From Escherichia phage PH1061: a stretch of 39,968 bases of DNA. The notes below the pieces were generated by a model. That model did not search any database and was not told where the DNA came from. It saw nothing but the letters and a program-made list of their open reading frames with translations. The DNA lies in the sequence record OQ680138.1; one strand, 5' to 3'. Each line of letters starts with the position of its first letter. Positions within the stretch are counted from its first letter, which is position 1. Position numbers and translations under genes: made by a program. Shown here piece by piece: positions 27,327-37,038 of the stretch.

Positions 27327-30300
27327 GGAACGCAAATCCGGGCAATATCCGTAAGTCAAAAGACCAGTGGGAAGGTGCTATAGGCGATGATGGTGCATTC
27401 GTTATCTTCGACAGTCCTGAATCTGGGGTCCGAGCATTAGCGAAAAACCTTCAAAGCTACGGTCGCCAAGGTTATGACTCCATCGAGAAGATTATCAACC
27501 GTTGGGCACCTCCGAACGAGAACGACACTCAGTCCTACATCGACTCGGTTGTATCTGCGACTGGTATTCCTGCAACTCAAAGTCTCGACCTATCGGACCC
27601 TGACACCCTGTCTTCTCTGGCTCAAGCTATCAGCTTCCATGAGACAGGCTCCCGGTACGACCCTGAAGTCTATCAGAAGGGAGTCGCACGAGCACTCAAT
27701 GGCATTAGCCCAAAGACTCCACCAGTAAGCGCTAACGTATTTGACGCACTCACGGAAGGACTCAAGGCTAAACCTAAAGTAGCTCTGGGCGAGAACCTTC
27801 CGACCGCTGCTGGTCTAAACATTGAGGGTCAAACACCTGAAGCTCCCAACGAATCGTTCGGGGAGATGTTCTATAAAGCTACTGGGGAGACCATGCAGGA
27901 ACGAGAGGACCGCTCTACGTGGTTCGGTTTTGGTGCTGCTACAGAAGCTGAAGTGAAGAACTCTATGGTCGGCGTGGCTATCCGCGCTGGTCAGACCGAG
28001 GACTCACTTGATGTCATTGGCGATGTGTTTAACCCTACCAGATGGAACAACCATAAGTGGACTCGCGAGGAGCTGGACCAGATTCGTAACGCGGGGGTTC
28101 TGCCTCAGTATTACGGAGTCATTACTGGTGGCTCTCCTCAGAACCTGACCGAGCTTATTAACTTGGCGCTTGAGAACCAGAAGTTGGACCAAGAGAAGGC
28201 CAAGGCTGGGACTGGCGCTCAGTTAGCTGCTGGTGTTATTGGTGCTGGTGTAGACCCTCTGACATACGTTCCTATTGCTGGACAGGTTGGTAAGGGCGCT
28301 AAGCTGGTTAATAAGATGTTCACCGTGGCTGCTCAATCTGGGGCACTGGTTGGTGTGTCTGAGATGGCCCGTACATCAGTGGCTGGTGGTGATGCTCATG
28401 TGGCTGAGGCTATCCTTGGTGGTGCTCTCTTCGGTGGTGGTATGACTGCTATCGCTGATGGCTTAGGCAGAGCCTTAGGTCGTAACACTAACGAGTTCGC
28501 TGGCCCAGCTACACGTCTGGAAGCCCGTGAGACTGCACGTAATGTTGATGGTCAGGACCTGTCTCGTCTACCTATTCAGGAAGGTGAGCAGACCTTTAGT
28601 CATCAAGGTGTTAAGTTCGCAGACGTTCCGAACGAGCCGGGTAGTGTACGACTGGAAGATGGTTCAATCCTGATTGGTGAGAACCCTCTGAACCCTAAGA
28701 CACGTCAAGTCTTTGACGAAGTGATTGAGCCAGAACGTGCCGCTGCTGGTGTGAACCTTGGTGGACTTACCGAGATTGGCCTGAAGCTGCTTCGGTCTGA
28801 GAACCCTGAGATTCGTGGAGTAGCTGCTGACTTAGTGCGTTCACCGACTGGTATGCAGTCTGGGGCCTCAGGTAAAATCGGGACCACTGCATCTGACGTA
28901 TTCGAGAGACTTCGTGCTGTAGACCATCGGTTCTACAACGACATCGACGATGCTGTTACTGAGGCACTCAAGGACCCTTACTTCCAGACAGCATTCTGGC
29001 GAGATAACTCAGCTCTGCGTGAGGATGTTTATAAGCGTTCGGCTTTGGCTATTGAGGATGGTAGCGGGAACCTGAAGGCTGAACTTACTCCGGGGGAACT
29101 GAAAGTCTATGACCTGCTGAAGAACCAGTTTGATGCAAAGCGCGAGATGATGGAGAACCCAGCGATGTTCGGTCGTACAGACGCTCAGTCTATCTTTCCT
29201 GGTAGTAGATTCAAGGGGACCTACGTTCCTGTAGTCTATAGTTCTCAGATGAAGCAGCTTTATATCAAGGAGCTTGGAAGCCCAGAGTCATTACAGGAGG
29301 CAATCAAGAAGTCATGGCTGACAAGCTATGTGTCAAGACCTGAAGTCAAGGCGCGAGTGGACGAGATGTTAGCAGAGCAGTTACGGGCGTCTCAGCCAGC
29401 AGCAGGTAAGACTGTGGGTACTACACCTAATCATCGTTCTTCTGTAGAAGCAGCCCGTGACCAGATGAAACTAGATGATGCCGCTACACAGGCAAGTGAT
29501 AAGGTAGCGGAACTAAAAGATGTCCTGACCAACGCTGAGAAGAGAGTTGCAGACCGTGAAAAGAAACTCCAGAACTCCAAGGACAGACTGGCTTCGCATG
29601 AAGCTAAGCTGAAGGAGTTGGAAGAAAAACTAGCTGCTAAACCTAAGAGCAAGACCATTCCTGTTAAGATTGAGAGTCGGAAGCAGATGATTGAGACCCA
29701 GAAGTCTCACGTCCGTATTAACACCGAGCGTCTCGACTACATGAAAGGACAGGCTGATAAGGTTCGAGATAGAATCACCAAAGCAACAACTGAAGCTGAA
29801 GCTGCTGTGGCATCTGCCAAAGGGCAGAAGTCTTCTGTAGATGGTCAGGCCACTACTGCTGGTGAAACTACATCTGGTAACGCATCTCAAGCAGCACCAG
29901 AGGTGACTATGGATATGGTAGAGAAGTATGCTAATGATAAGGCTTATGGTGTCTCCCATACAGAGCAGTTTGAGCGTTCATCCGTAATGGAAGAAAACAT
30001 CAACGGTCTGGTTGGTCTGGAGAACAATAACTTCCTTGAGGCTCGAAACCTGTTCGATAACGACATGGAAATCACCTTGCCAAATGGTAAGCCGTTCAGC
30101 GTAAATAGTCTACGTGAGTGGGATATGGACAAGATTGTCCCGGCCTACAACCGTCGAGTTAATGGTGACATTGCTATCATGGCTGGTACAGGAAAGACCA
30201 CGAAGGACATGAAGTACTTGGTTGAGACCATGATGAACAAGGCTGGTGATGACGGCAAGTTGAAAGGTGAGGTCTCGACCTTACGTGACACCTTGAAGAT

Positions 30301-31696
30301 TCTCACTGGTCGTGCTCGACGTGATGGTGCTGACGATGCTGCCTTCGCTACCGTGATGCGTACAATGACAGACCTATCGTTCTTCTCTAAGAATGCCTAC
30401 ATGGGTGTTCAGAACTTAACGGAGATTGGTGGTATGCTATCTCGTGGTAACGTTCGTGCATTGCTACATGGAGTCCCTATATTCCGTGACCTAGCCTTCC
30501 GTAACAAGAAGGTAGGGGCCTCAGAGATTAAGGACCTGCACAACGTTATCTTCGGTAAGGAACTGGATGACTCAATCCGTCCGTCTAAACAGGATGTCAT
30601 TGACCGTCTTCGAGCGTACAGTGCCTTGAGTAAACCATCGGCTACAGCTCTTGGGACTGCCAAGTATTACACTGGTGAACTTGCAGTACGCTCTCCGTTC
30701 ACTAAAGTCCTCAACGGTACGACCAACTACCTGTTAGACGCTGGACGTCAAGGCTTCCTGTCTGACATCGTGGAGCATAGTCTGACTGGTAGTAAGCGTA
30801 AGTTCGATGACCGCTGGCTGAAGACCTCTGGTATCTCTGACGAGCAGTGGAAGGGTATTAAGTCCCTAATCCGTGAGTCAGTGACTCGTGGTCCAGACGG
30901 GAAGTATACCATCAAGGATAAGAAGGCGTTCAGTCAGGACCCAAGGGCTATGGACCTGTGGCGTATGGGTGACACCATCGCTGACGAAACGTTACTCCGG
31001 CCCCACAAGCTGTCAAACATGGACGCCAAGGCTTATGGTCCTCTCGCTAAGACTGTCCTTCAGTTTAAGAACTTCGTCATCAAGTCCATCAATGGGCGTA
31101 CCATGCGAACCTTTTATAACGCCACGAAGAACAACCGAGCGATGGATGCTGCTCTGTCCACTGTGATGTCTATGGGTCTTGCTGGTATATACTACATGGC
31201 GCAGGCACACATCAAGGCTTACGCTATGCAGGATGGTCGTGACCGTGACTACCTCAAGCAAGCTCTGGACCCGACGATGATCGGATATGCGGCTCTGTCC
31301 CGTAGTTCACATCTCGGTGGACCACTTGGGGTAGCTAACATTCTGGGTGGTATCGCTGGGTACGAGGACACTAAGATGCTCCGTTCGTCTATCCTACCTC
31401 GGTCGCCTACAGAGAAGCCTGAACGTGCCATCGCGTATGGTGCAGCTACAAGTGACCCTGTGATGAATATTGTTGGCAACTTCTTGGAGCAGGTTCCAGC
31501 TTTCGGATATGCTGCTAACGTCGGCGCTTCGGCTTACAACTTGGCTGGTTACCTCAAGGCTGATACTCGTGTCAACGAGCGTGACTACATGACCGGGATG
31601 TATAATACGTTCCGTGAACTGGTTCCGAACGACCCCATTACCCAGAAGCTGTTGCTTGGAACGTTTGAGGAGCAAGGTATCCACATCAAGGACTAA
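27308..31696 (+). CDS. 16: Internal virion protein D (gp16-like), 1462 aa, with divergent N-terminal domain and an internal coiled-coil insertion
   Basis: Long colinear blocks with T7 gp16 from STWFGFGAATEAE... to the C-terminus (for example RSPTGMQSGASGKIG, NGDIAIMAGTGKTTK, LLDAGRQG). Confidence 0.93.
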   Translation: MATRGVRNANPGNIRKSKDQWEGAIGDDGAFVIFDSPESGVRALAKNLQSYGRQGYDSIEKIINRWAPPNENDTQSYIDSVVSATGIPATQSLDLSDPDTLSSLAQAISFHETGSRYDPEVYQKGVARALNGISPKTPPVSANVFDALTEGLKAKPKVALGENLPTAAGLNIEGQTPEAPNESFGEMFYKATGETMQEREDRSTWFGFGAATEAEVKNSMVGVAIRAGQTEDSLDVIGDVFNPTRWNNHKWTREELDQIRNAGVLPQYYGVITGGSPQNLTELINLALENQKLDQEKAKAGTGAQLAAGVIGAGVDPLTYVPIAGQVGKGAKLVNKMFTVAAQSGALVGVSEMARTSVAGGDAHVAEAILGGALFGGGMTAIADGLGRALGRNTNEFAGPATRLEARETARNVDGQDLSRLPIQEGEQTFSHQGVKFADVPNEPGSVRLEDGSILIGENPLNPKTRQVFDEVIEPERAAAGVNLGGLTEIGLKLLRSENPEIRGVAADLVRSPTGMQSGASGKIGTTASDVFERLRAVDHRFYNDIDDAVTEALKDPYFQTAFWRDNSALREDVYKRSALAIEDGSGNLKAELTPGELKVYDLLKNQFDAKREMMENPAMFGRTDAQSIFPGSRFKGTYVPVVYSSQMKQLYIKELGSPESLQEAIKKSWLTSYVSRPEVKARVDEMLAEQLRASQPAAGKTVGTTPNHRSSVEAARDQMKLDDAATQASDKVAELKDVLTNAEKRVADREKKLQNSKDRLASHEAKLKELEEKLAAKPKSKTIPVKIESRKQMIETQKSHVRINTERLDYMKGQADKVRDRITKATTEAEAAVASAKGQKSSVDGQATTAGETTSGNASQAAPEVTMDMVEKYANDKAYGVSHTEQFERSSVMEENINGLVGLENNNFLEARNLFDNDMEITLPNGKPFSVNSLREWDMDKIVPAYNRRVNGDIAIMAGTGKTTKDMKYLVETMMNKAGDDGKLKGEVSTLRDTLKILTGRARRDGADDAAFATVMRTMTDLSFFSKNAYMGVQNLTEIGGMLSRGNVRALLHGVPIFRDLAFRNKKVGASEIKDLHNVIFGKELDDSIRPSKQDVIDRLRAYSALSKPSATALGTAKYYTGELAVRSPFTKVLNGTTNYLLDAGRQGFLSDIVEHSLTGSKRKFDDRWLKTSGISDEQWKGIKSLIRESVTRGPDGKYTIKDKKAFSQDPRAMDLWRMGDTIADETLLRPHKLSNMDAKAYGPLAKTVLQFKNFVIKSINGRTMRTFYNATKNNRAMDAALSTVMSMGLAGIYYMAQAHIKAYAMQDGRDRDYLKQALDPTMIGYAALSRSSHLGGPLGVANILGGIAGYEDTKMLRSSILPRSPTEKPERAIAYGAATSDPVMNIVGNFLEQVPAFGYAANVGASAYNLAGYLKADTRVNERDYMTGMYNTFRELVPNDPITQKLLLGTFEEQGIHIKD

Positions 31697-31714
31697 ACTA
31701 TCACTATAGGAAAC
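31692..31714 (+). promoter_or_regulatory. Phage RNAP promoter (phi17-like), CTAAACTATCACTATAGGAA
   Basis: Consensus match; overlaps the gp16 stop. Confidence 0.85.
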
Positions 31715-31760
31715 GGGAGGCGCTACCATAGGTCTCCCTTTAAATCACAAAGGAGGCATA

Positions 31761-33881
31761 ATGTCCACTATTACACAATTCCCTTCAGGCAACACTCAGT
31801 ACAGGATTGAGTTCGACTACCTAGCCAGAACGTTTGTTGTTGTTACGCTGGTGAATAGCTCTAACCCTACCCTGAACCGTGTACTGGAAGTTGGTCGAGA
31901 TTACCGATTCCTTAATCCAACGATGATTGAGATGTTGGTTGACCAATCAGGTTTCGACATCGTTCGTATTCACCGTCAGACTGGAACTGACTTAGTAGTA
32001 GACTTCAGGAATGGCTCAGTGTTGACAGCTAGTGACCTGACCAATGCAGAGCTTCAGGCTATCCATATTGCAGAAGAAGGTCGAGACCAAACTGTTGACT
32101 TAGCGAAGGAATATGCCGATGCTGCTGGTAGCTCTGCTGGCAACGCTAAGGATAGCGAGGACGAAGCACGACGAATCGCTGCGACTATCAAGGCAGCTAG
32201 TCTAGTTGGTTATATTACCCGTCGCTCCTTCGAGAAAGGCTTCAACGTTACAACATGGAACGAGGCCCTGCTATGGGAAGAGGATGGCGATTATTACCGC
32301 TGGGATGGTACGCTTCCAAAGAACGTTCCTGCTGGCTCAACTCCTGAAACGTCTGGTGGCATTGGGTTAGGAGCGTGGGTTAGTGTCGGCGATGCTACAT
32401 TGCGCAATCAAATATCTGACCCTGACGGTGCCACTAAGTACCCAGCGTTACAAATTGCGCGTTGGCGTGATGAAGGAGATGTGCGCGGTTGGGGTACTGG
32501 CGAAGAAGGTTTTAACGCCGCGATGTCTGAGTTGTCAGCTAATGGGGGTGGCACACTATTCGTTAATGAGGATATACTCTTTACATCCCTTCCTATTATG
32601 CACAAAGAGCATGTAACTGTGCGATGGAACGCTGTAGCTAAAGTTAAGTCAGGCTTGACTGCTGAATATGCTTATATAATGGATGGTGGAGCAGATACTC
32701 CTGCATACAACAGTTCCCATCACTTTACTAAAGCTAACAAAACAAATTGCTATAACCTCTTCTTAGTAGCAGAGGATTATACAACAGGTATTTCTGCTAA
32801 AGGTGTTTGTGTGCGCCATTGCTACGAATGGACTTACGAAGGGGGGGCAATTATCGGGTTTAATAATGGAGGTTTCTACGAGACTAACAACTACGAAGGA
32901 AAAGCCAGCAAATTCACGATGGTTGTAGCTAATACAAGACTTGATAATTCTGTAGGATTTGAAAGTAATTCAACTGACAGTTGGTTTAGTGAACTTTCTC
33001 CAGTTGGTTATTCAATTGGTCTAAAGTTTAATAAGAGCGCAAATGTGGTTGATAAGGCACACCCCTGGGGTAATACAGTTAACAATCTTGTAGGCGCAAT
33101 GGGGCAGATGAATGTTGGTATTGTAATTACAGAGAACGCAGGTTTTTCTACATATTCAAATATTATTCTTGATACTCCGGTAAGGAAGAACACCAATAAG
33201 ACACCATCTAGAAGCAATGGTGGGGTTGGTGTAATTTGTGATGCATGGGACTGCGTTCTTGATGGTATTCTTGTATTACCGTCCAGACATGACACAGTAG
33301 CAAAAAGTACCTTACCAATGATCACCACTATGCAAAGATCAACAATAAAAGATTTTCAGGTTTCGGGGGAGCAGTATGTAACAGACATATGGATTTCATT
33401 TGAAAACAATTCAGGGATAGCCAGGAATCACGTTTCAGGTTATGGGTATGCTGAAAAAATGCGTACAGGAATGACCTTTGGACCCAATTCAGGGGCTGTT
33501 CTTGCAAGTGCTGATGGTGTAACGATGTCGAGCCAAACTCTGACCTCTGGAATATGGTATAACACATTAAGTTTTTCCATAGCTACAACAATAACAGCTA
33601 TACCGTCAGCAACAGGTGATGTAATTGTTAATATAACTCCTGCTTATGGCGTTAAATCTGGATTCGGTGGTACAGTTAAGGGTGGCATGTACGCATTTTA
33701 CTACGCCACAGCAAACTCAGCCAAACAATTATATGATGTTTCCTTAGAGGTAGTGTCAGATAATACCGCTAAGTTCTTATTGACATTCATAGATGGAACT
33801 ACTCGGTACGCACACTGGACAGATGTATCTAACGGTTCAGCAAGAGCCATAAGTATATCAGGAGTCATTAATATAAAATAA
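31761..33881 (+). CDS. 17: Tail fiber/tailspike, 706 aa: T7 gp17-like N-terminal adaptor domain fused to a non-T7, AT-rich C-terminal receptor-binding module
   Basis: N-terminal FDYLARTFVVVTLVN...DYRF...LQAIHIAEEGRD matches the T7 gp17 N-terminus; downstream part has no T7 similarity and a clear GC drop from about 32560. Confidence 0.9.
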   Translation: MSTITQFPSGNTQYRIEFDYLARTFVVVTLVNSSNPTLNRVLEVGRDYRFLNPTMIEMLVDQSGFDIVRIHRQTGTDLVVDFRNGSVLTASDLTNAELQAIHIAEEGRDQTVDLAKEYADAAGSSAGNAKDSEDEARRIAATIKAASLVGYITRRSFEKGFNVTTWNEALLWEEDGDYYRWDGTLPKNVPAGSTPETSGGIGLGAWVSVGDATLRNQISDPDGATKYPALQIARWRDEGDVRGWGTGEEGFNAAMSELSANGGGTLFVNEDILFTSLPIMHKEHVTVRWNAVAKVKSGLTAEYAYIMDGGADTPAYNSSHHFTKANKTNCYNLFLVAEDYTTGISAKGVCVRHCYEWTYEGGAIIGFNNGGFYETNNYEGKASKFTMVVANTRLDNSVGFESNSTDSWFSELSPVGYSIGLKFNKSANVVDKAHPWGNTVNNLVGAMGQMNVGIVITENAGFSTYSNIILDTPVRKNTNKTPSRSNGGVGVICDAWDCVLDGILVLPSRHDTVAKSTLPMITTMQRSTIKDFQVSGEQYVTDIWISFENNSGIARNHVSGYGYAEKMRTGMTFGPNSGAVLASADGVTMSSQTLTSGIWYNTLSFSIATTITAIPSATGDVIVNITPAYGVKSGFGGTVKGGMYAFYYATANSAKQLYDVSLEVVSDNTAKFLLTFIDGTTRYAHWTDVSNGSARAISISGVINIK

Positions 33882-33915
33882 CCCAGCCTTGAGGTTGTTG
33901 GCCTGATTTCTGGCG

Positions 33916-34143
33916 TTGGTGCTAAAACCCATCAAATATCAAGGCTCTGATGGTTCCCATCTCTTTATGCTGACTACTGATGACGGAACTGTTAAAGATG
34001 TTAACGTGGTTACGACCTTACTGCTCCCTCTGGTACATTGGATTCCTGAACCGGGTAGAGGACCGAAGGTTGTGGAGGTAGAGGCTAACTACACGTTGAC
34101 TAACGTATGGCAACAACTTTGGGTCACGGACGACCCGATTTAA
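33916..34143 (+). CDS. Possible hypothetical protein, 75 aa, between tail fiber and holin
   Basis: Open frame with GTG start and no convincing RBS; fills a 275-bp gap that is short in T7. Confidence 0.3.
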   Translation: MVLKPIKYQGSDGSHLFMLTTDDGTVKDVNVVTTLLLPLVHWIPEPGRGPKVVEVEANYTLTNVWQQLWVTDDPI

Positions 34144-34155
34144 ACTGGAGGTTTT

Positions 34156-34350
34156 ATGATTGAGTTAGACTTCAAGAATGAGGCCCTTAAAGCCTCTCCT
34201 ATCGTCGGGACCGCTGCGGCTGATGGTGCCAGTCGGTTCTTCTTCGGACTTACACTGAACGAATGGTTCTACGTTGCAGCTATCGCGTACACCGTTGTCC
34301 AGATTGGTGTGCTAGTCTACAAAACGATTAAAGGAGGTGGTAAAACATGA
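34156..34350 (+). CDS. 17.5: Holin (T7 gp17.5-like), 64 aa
   Basis: SPIVGTAAADGASRFFFGLTLNEWFYVAAIAYTVVQIG matches the T7 holin; one TM segment. Confidence 0.92.
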   Translation: MIELDFKNEALKASPIVGTAAADGASRFFFGLTLNEWFYVAAIAYTVVQIGVLVYKTIKGGGKT

Positions 34351-34610
34351 CTCAGATGGACTTAGAGAAGTTCCTCTTAATGCTAGATACTGAACGTGCT
34401 CGACTCATGCTGCAAGACCTGCGGGATGACTCTAAGCGTTCACCTCAGCTTTACAACGCCATTGAGAAGCTACTGGCTCGTCACAACTTCGTGTTAAGTA
34501 AGGTGTCTGTGGACGAGAAGACGCTGGCTGATATGGAGGCCCTGAACGCAGAGTACGATAAGGTGCTTTCAGCGACTGAGGATAATGACACCGGGTATGG
34601 CGTTCAATAA
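34347..34610 (+). CDS. 18: Terminase small subunit (gp18-like), 87 aa
   Basis: RSPQLYNAIEKLLARHNF matches T7 gp18 RSPQLYNAINKLLDRHKF. Confidence 0.9.
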   Translation: MTQMDLEKFLLMLDTERARLMLQDLRDDSKRSPQLYNAIEKLLARHNFVLSKVSVDEKTLADMEALNAEYDKVLSATEDNDTGYGVQ

Positions 34611-34621
34611 GTGTTAGACTC

Positions 34622-34648
34622 AAGGTCATTACTATATGTAGTGGCCTT
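34622..34648 (+). promoter_or_regulatory. RNase III-type processing hairpin (R18.5-like): 11-bp stem AAGGUCAUUAC / GUAGUGGCCUU
   Basis: Third paralog of the conserved hairpin family; position matches T7 R18.5. Confidence 0.65.
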
Positions 34649-34711
34649 TATGGTTAACACTAACTAGTGGAGTAGACTCTACGTGAAATCTGATAAACCG
34701 GGAGGGCAACT

Positions 34712-35161
34712 ATGCTCGAATTTTTAAAGAGAGCGGCTCCGTGGTTACTTGCAGCAGTGATGTTTGCTGGTGGCTACCACACCGCTAACAATAAGTGGGA
34801 GGCTAAGGTCAATGCAGAATACACCTCGAATCTTAAGGCATCGGAAGATACAAGGCTTGCTGTCCAAGCTGAAGTCAACAAAGTGTCCAAGCGGTTTCAG
34901 GACGAAATGTCCTCGCTGGAAGGCAGCACTGATAGGATTATTGCTGACCTTCAGTCTGACAATAAGCGGCTGCTCATCCGAGTCAAACCTACGAGTGGAA
35001 CCACGCAAAGTGACGGTCGATGCGTCATTGATGGTTACGCCGAACTTGACGAACGAGATGCTAAACGTCTTATCGCCATCGGAGTGAAAGGGGACAAGTG
35101 GATTAAGGCACTTCAGGACACTGTGAGGGCCTTGCAGCAAGATAAGGAGGTGACGCATTGA
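34712..35161 (+). CDS. 18.5: Inner-membrane spanin (Rz-like, gp18.5), 149 aa
   Basis: N-terminal TM segment then coiled-coil periplasmic region; position after gene 18. Confidence 0.85.
   Translation: MLEFLKRAAPWLLAAVMFAGGYHTANNKWEAKVNAEYTSNLKASEDTRLAVQAEVNKVSKRFQDEMSSLEGSTDRIIADLQSDNKRLLIRVKPTSGTTQSDGRCVIDGYAELDERDAKRLIAIGVKGDKWIKALQDTVRALQQDKEVTH
34812..35087 (+). CDS. 18.7: Outer-membrane lipoprotein spanin (Rz1-like, gp18.7) embedded in the +1 frame of gene 18.5
   Basis: Lipobox LTISGC; [12 protein letters not shown] and [18 protein letters not shown] match T7 gp18.7. Confidence 0.85.
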   Translation: MQNTPRILRHRKIQGLLSKLKSTKCPSGFRTKCPRWKAALIGLLLTFSLTISGCSSESNLRVEPRKVTVDASLMVTPNLTNEMLNVLSPSE

Positions 35162-36921
35162 GTAAAGACTTAGTGGCGCGTCAGGCGCTAATGACTGCCC
35201 GTATGAAGGCAGACTTCGTGTTCTTCCTGTTCGTTCTATGGAAAGCTCTGTCACTCCCAGTCCCGACTCGCTGTCAGATTGACATGGCGAAGAAACTATC
35301 GGCTGGGGACAACAGGCGCTTCATCCTTCAGGCGTTCCGTGGTATCGGGAAGTCATTCATTACGTGTGCCTTCGTGGTCTGGAAGCTATGGAACAACCCA
35401 GACTTGAAGTTCATGATTGTGTCGGCCTCAAAGGAACGAGCCGATGCGAACTCCATCTTCATCAAGCGAATCATCGACCTCATGCCTCAGCTTCAGGAAC
35501 TCAAGCCTAAGCAGGGACAGCGAGATGCGGTTATCAGCTTCGACGTTGGGCCAGCCAAGCCAGACCACTCACCTTCGGTTAAGTCCGTGGGCATCACTGG
35601 TCAGTTGACTGGTAGTCGTGCTGACATCCTGATTGCCGACGACGTGGAGGTTCCGAACAACTCAGCGACTCAGGCTGCACGAGACCGTCTGTCAGAGCTT
35701 GTGAAAGAGTTCGATGCTATCCTGAAGCCGGGAGGTACAATCATTTATCTGGGCACTCCTCAGAACGAGATGACCCTGTACCGTGAGTTGGAAGGACGTG
35801 GATACACCACTACTATCTGGCCTGCTCGTTATCCACGTGATAAGAAGGACTGGCAGTCTTACGGCGACCGTCTGGCACCGATGCTTCAGGCAGAGCTGGA
35901 AGAGGACCCTGAGTCCTTCTACTGGCGTCCGACTGATGAAGTACGCTTCGATGATACGGACCTGAAGGAGCGTGAGCTGTCATATGGTAAAGCTGGCTTC
36001 GCTCTACAGTTCATGCTTAACCCGAACCTGAGTGATGCCGAGAAGTACCCTCTGAAGCTCCGTGACCTTATCGTAGCCGACTTGGACCCAGCGTCCAGTC
36101 CAATGGTCTACCAATGGTTGCCGAACCCTCAGAACAAGCGTGAGGACGTTCCTAACGTTGGACTCATGGGTGACTCATACCACACGTATCAGACTGTAGG
36201 TTCTGCCTTCAGCTCGTACACCCAGAAGATTCTGGTCATTGACCCTAGTGGTCGTGGTAAGGATGAAACTGGCTATGCGGTACTGTATCAGCTCAACGGC
36301 TATATCTTCGCTATGGAAGTTGGTGGTATGCGTGGTGGCTATGAAGACTCTACGCTGGAAGCCTTGGCTAAGATTGGTCGTAAGTGGAAGGTCAACGAAT
36401 ACGTCATTGAGGGTAACTTCGGTGATGGTATGTACCTTGAGTTATTCAAGCCTGTAGCGGCCCGTGTCCATCCTGCTGCTGTAACTGAAGTGAAGAGCAA
36501 GGGTCAGAAGGAACTCCGCATCTGTGACGTTCTGGAGCCTATCATGGGGTCTCACCGACTTATCGTCAACGCTGCTGCTATCGTCCAAGACTACCAGACA
36601 GCCTCTGACAAGGATGGTGTGCGTAACCCTATCTACTCTCTCTTCTATCAGATGACCCGTATCTCTCGCGAACGTGGAGCCTTGGCACACGATGACCGAC
36701 TTGATGCGCTGGCTATCGGTGTACAGTTCTTCGTTGAGTCGATGGCTAAGGATGCCAACAAAGGCGAACGTGAAGTCACTGAGGAGTGGCTGGAGGAACA
36801 GATGGAGAACCCACGGAAAGGCTTCGAGTCCATCCACACTGAGTTCTGGGACAATGGGGTCCGGGTAACTCACAATACGGACGACGAGCTGGGACTAGGG
36901 TCCTACGTTACGTTCCACTAA
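35158..36921 (+). CDS. 19: Terminase large subunit, 587 aa, apparent TTG start
   Basis: Size of T7 gp19 (586 aa); RBS AAGGAGGT 6 nt before TTG; no in-frame ATG near the start. Confidence 0.93.
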   Translation: MSKDLVARQALMTARMKADFVFFLFVLWKALSLPVPTRCQIDMAKKLSAGDNRRFILQAFRGIGKSFITCAFVVWKLWNNPDLKFMIVSASKERADANSIFIKRIIDLMPQLQELKPKQGQRDAVISFDVGPAKPDHSPSVKSVGITGQLTGSRADILIADDVEVPNNSATQAARDRLSELVKEFDAILKPGGTIIYLGTPQNEMTLYRELEGRGYTTTIWPARYPRDKKDWQSYGDRLAPMLQAELEEDPESFYWRPTDEVRFDDTDLKERELSYGKAGFALQFMLNPNLSDAEKYPLKLRDLIVADLDPASSPMVYQWLPNPQNKREDVPNVGLMGDSYHTYQTVGSAFSSYTQKILVIDPSGRGKDETGYAVLYQLNGYIFAMEVGGMRGGYEDSTLEALAKIGRKWKVNEYVIEGNFGDGMYLELFKPVAARVHPAAVTEVKSKGQKELRICDVLEPIMGSHRLIVNAAAIVQDYQTASDKDGVRNPIYSLFYQMTRISRERGALAHDDRLDALAIGVQFFVESMAKDANKGEREVTEEWLEEQMENPRKGFESIHTEFWDNGVRVTHNTDDELGLGSYVTFH

Positions 36922-36930
36922 CTGAGTGAA

Positions 36931-36979
36931 TAACTATAGGTGAAAGCTGCATGAATACGCAGTTAGTAACCTATAGTTA
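36931..36979. repeat. Perfect 11-bp inverted repeat TAACTATAGGT / ACCTATAGTTA with 27-nt spacer, immediately after the terminase gene
   Basis: Read from sequence; arms contain the promoter-core-like TATAGG on both strands. Confidence 0.8.
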
Positions 36980-37015
36980 CTACCAGTCTAACCTACTGTT
37001 TTACAAAGAGTTTGG

Positions 37016-37038
37016 ACTTAACTATCACTATAGGGAAG
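37016..37038 (+). promoter_or_regulatory. Phage RNAP promoter (phiOR-like), CTTAACTATCACTATAGGGAAGA
   Basis: Consensus match; lies between genes 19 and 19.5 as phiOR does in T7. Confidence 0.85.

Noticed and set aside
36442-36873. 143-aa minus-strand ORF inside the terminase large subunit gene
   Set aside because: Fully embedded antisense in a conserved gene; no independent support.
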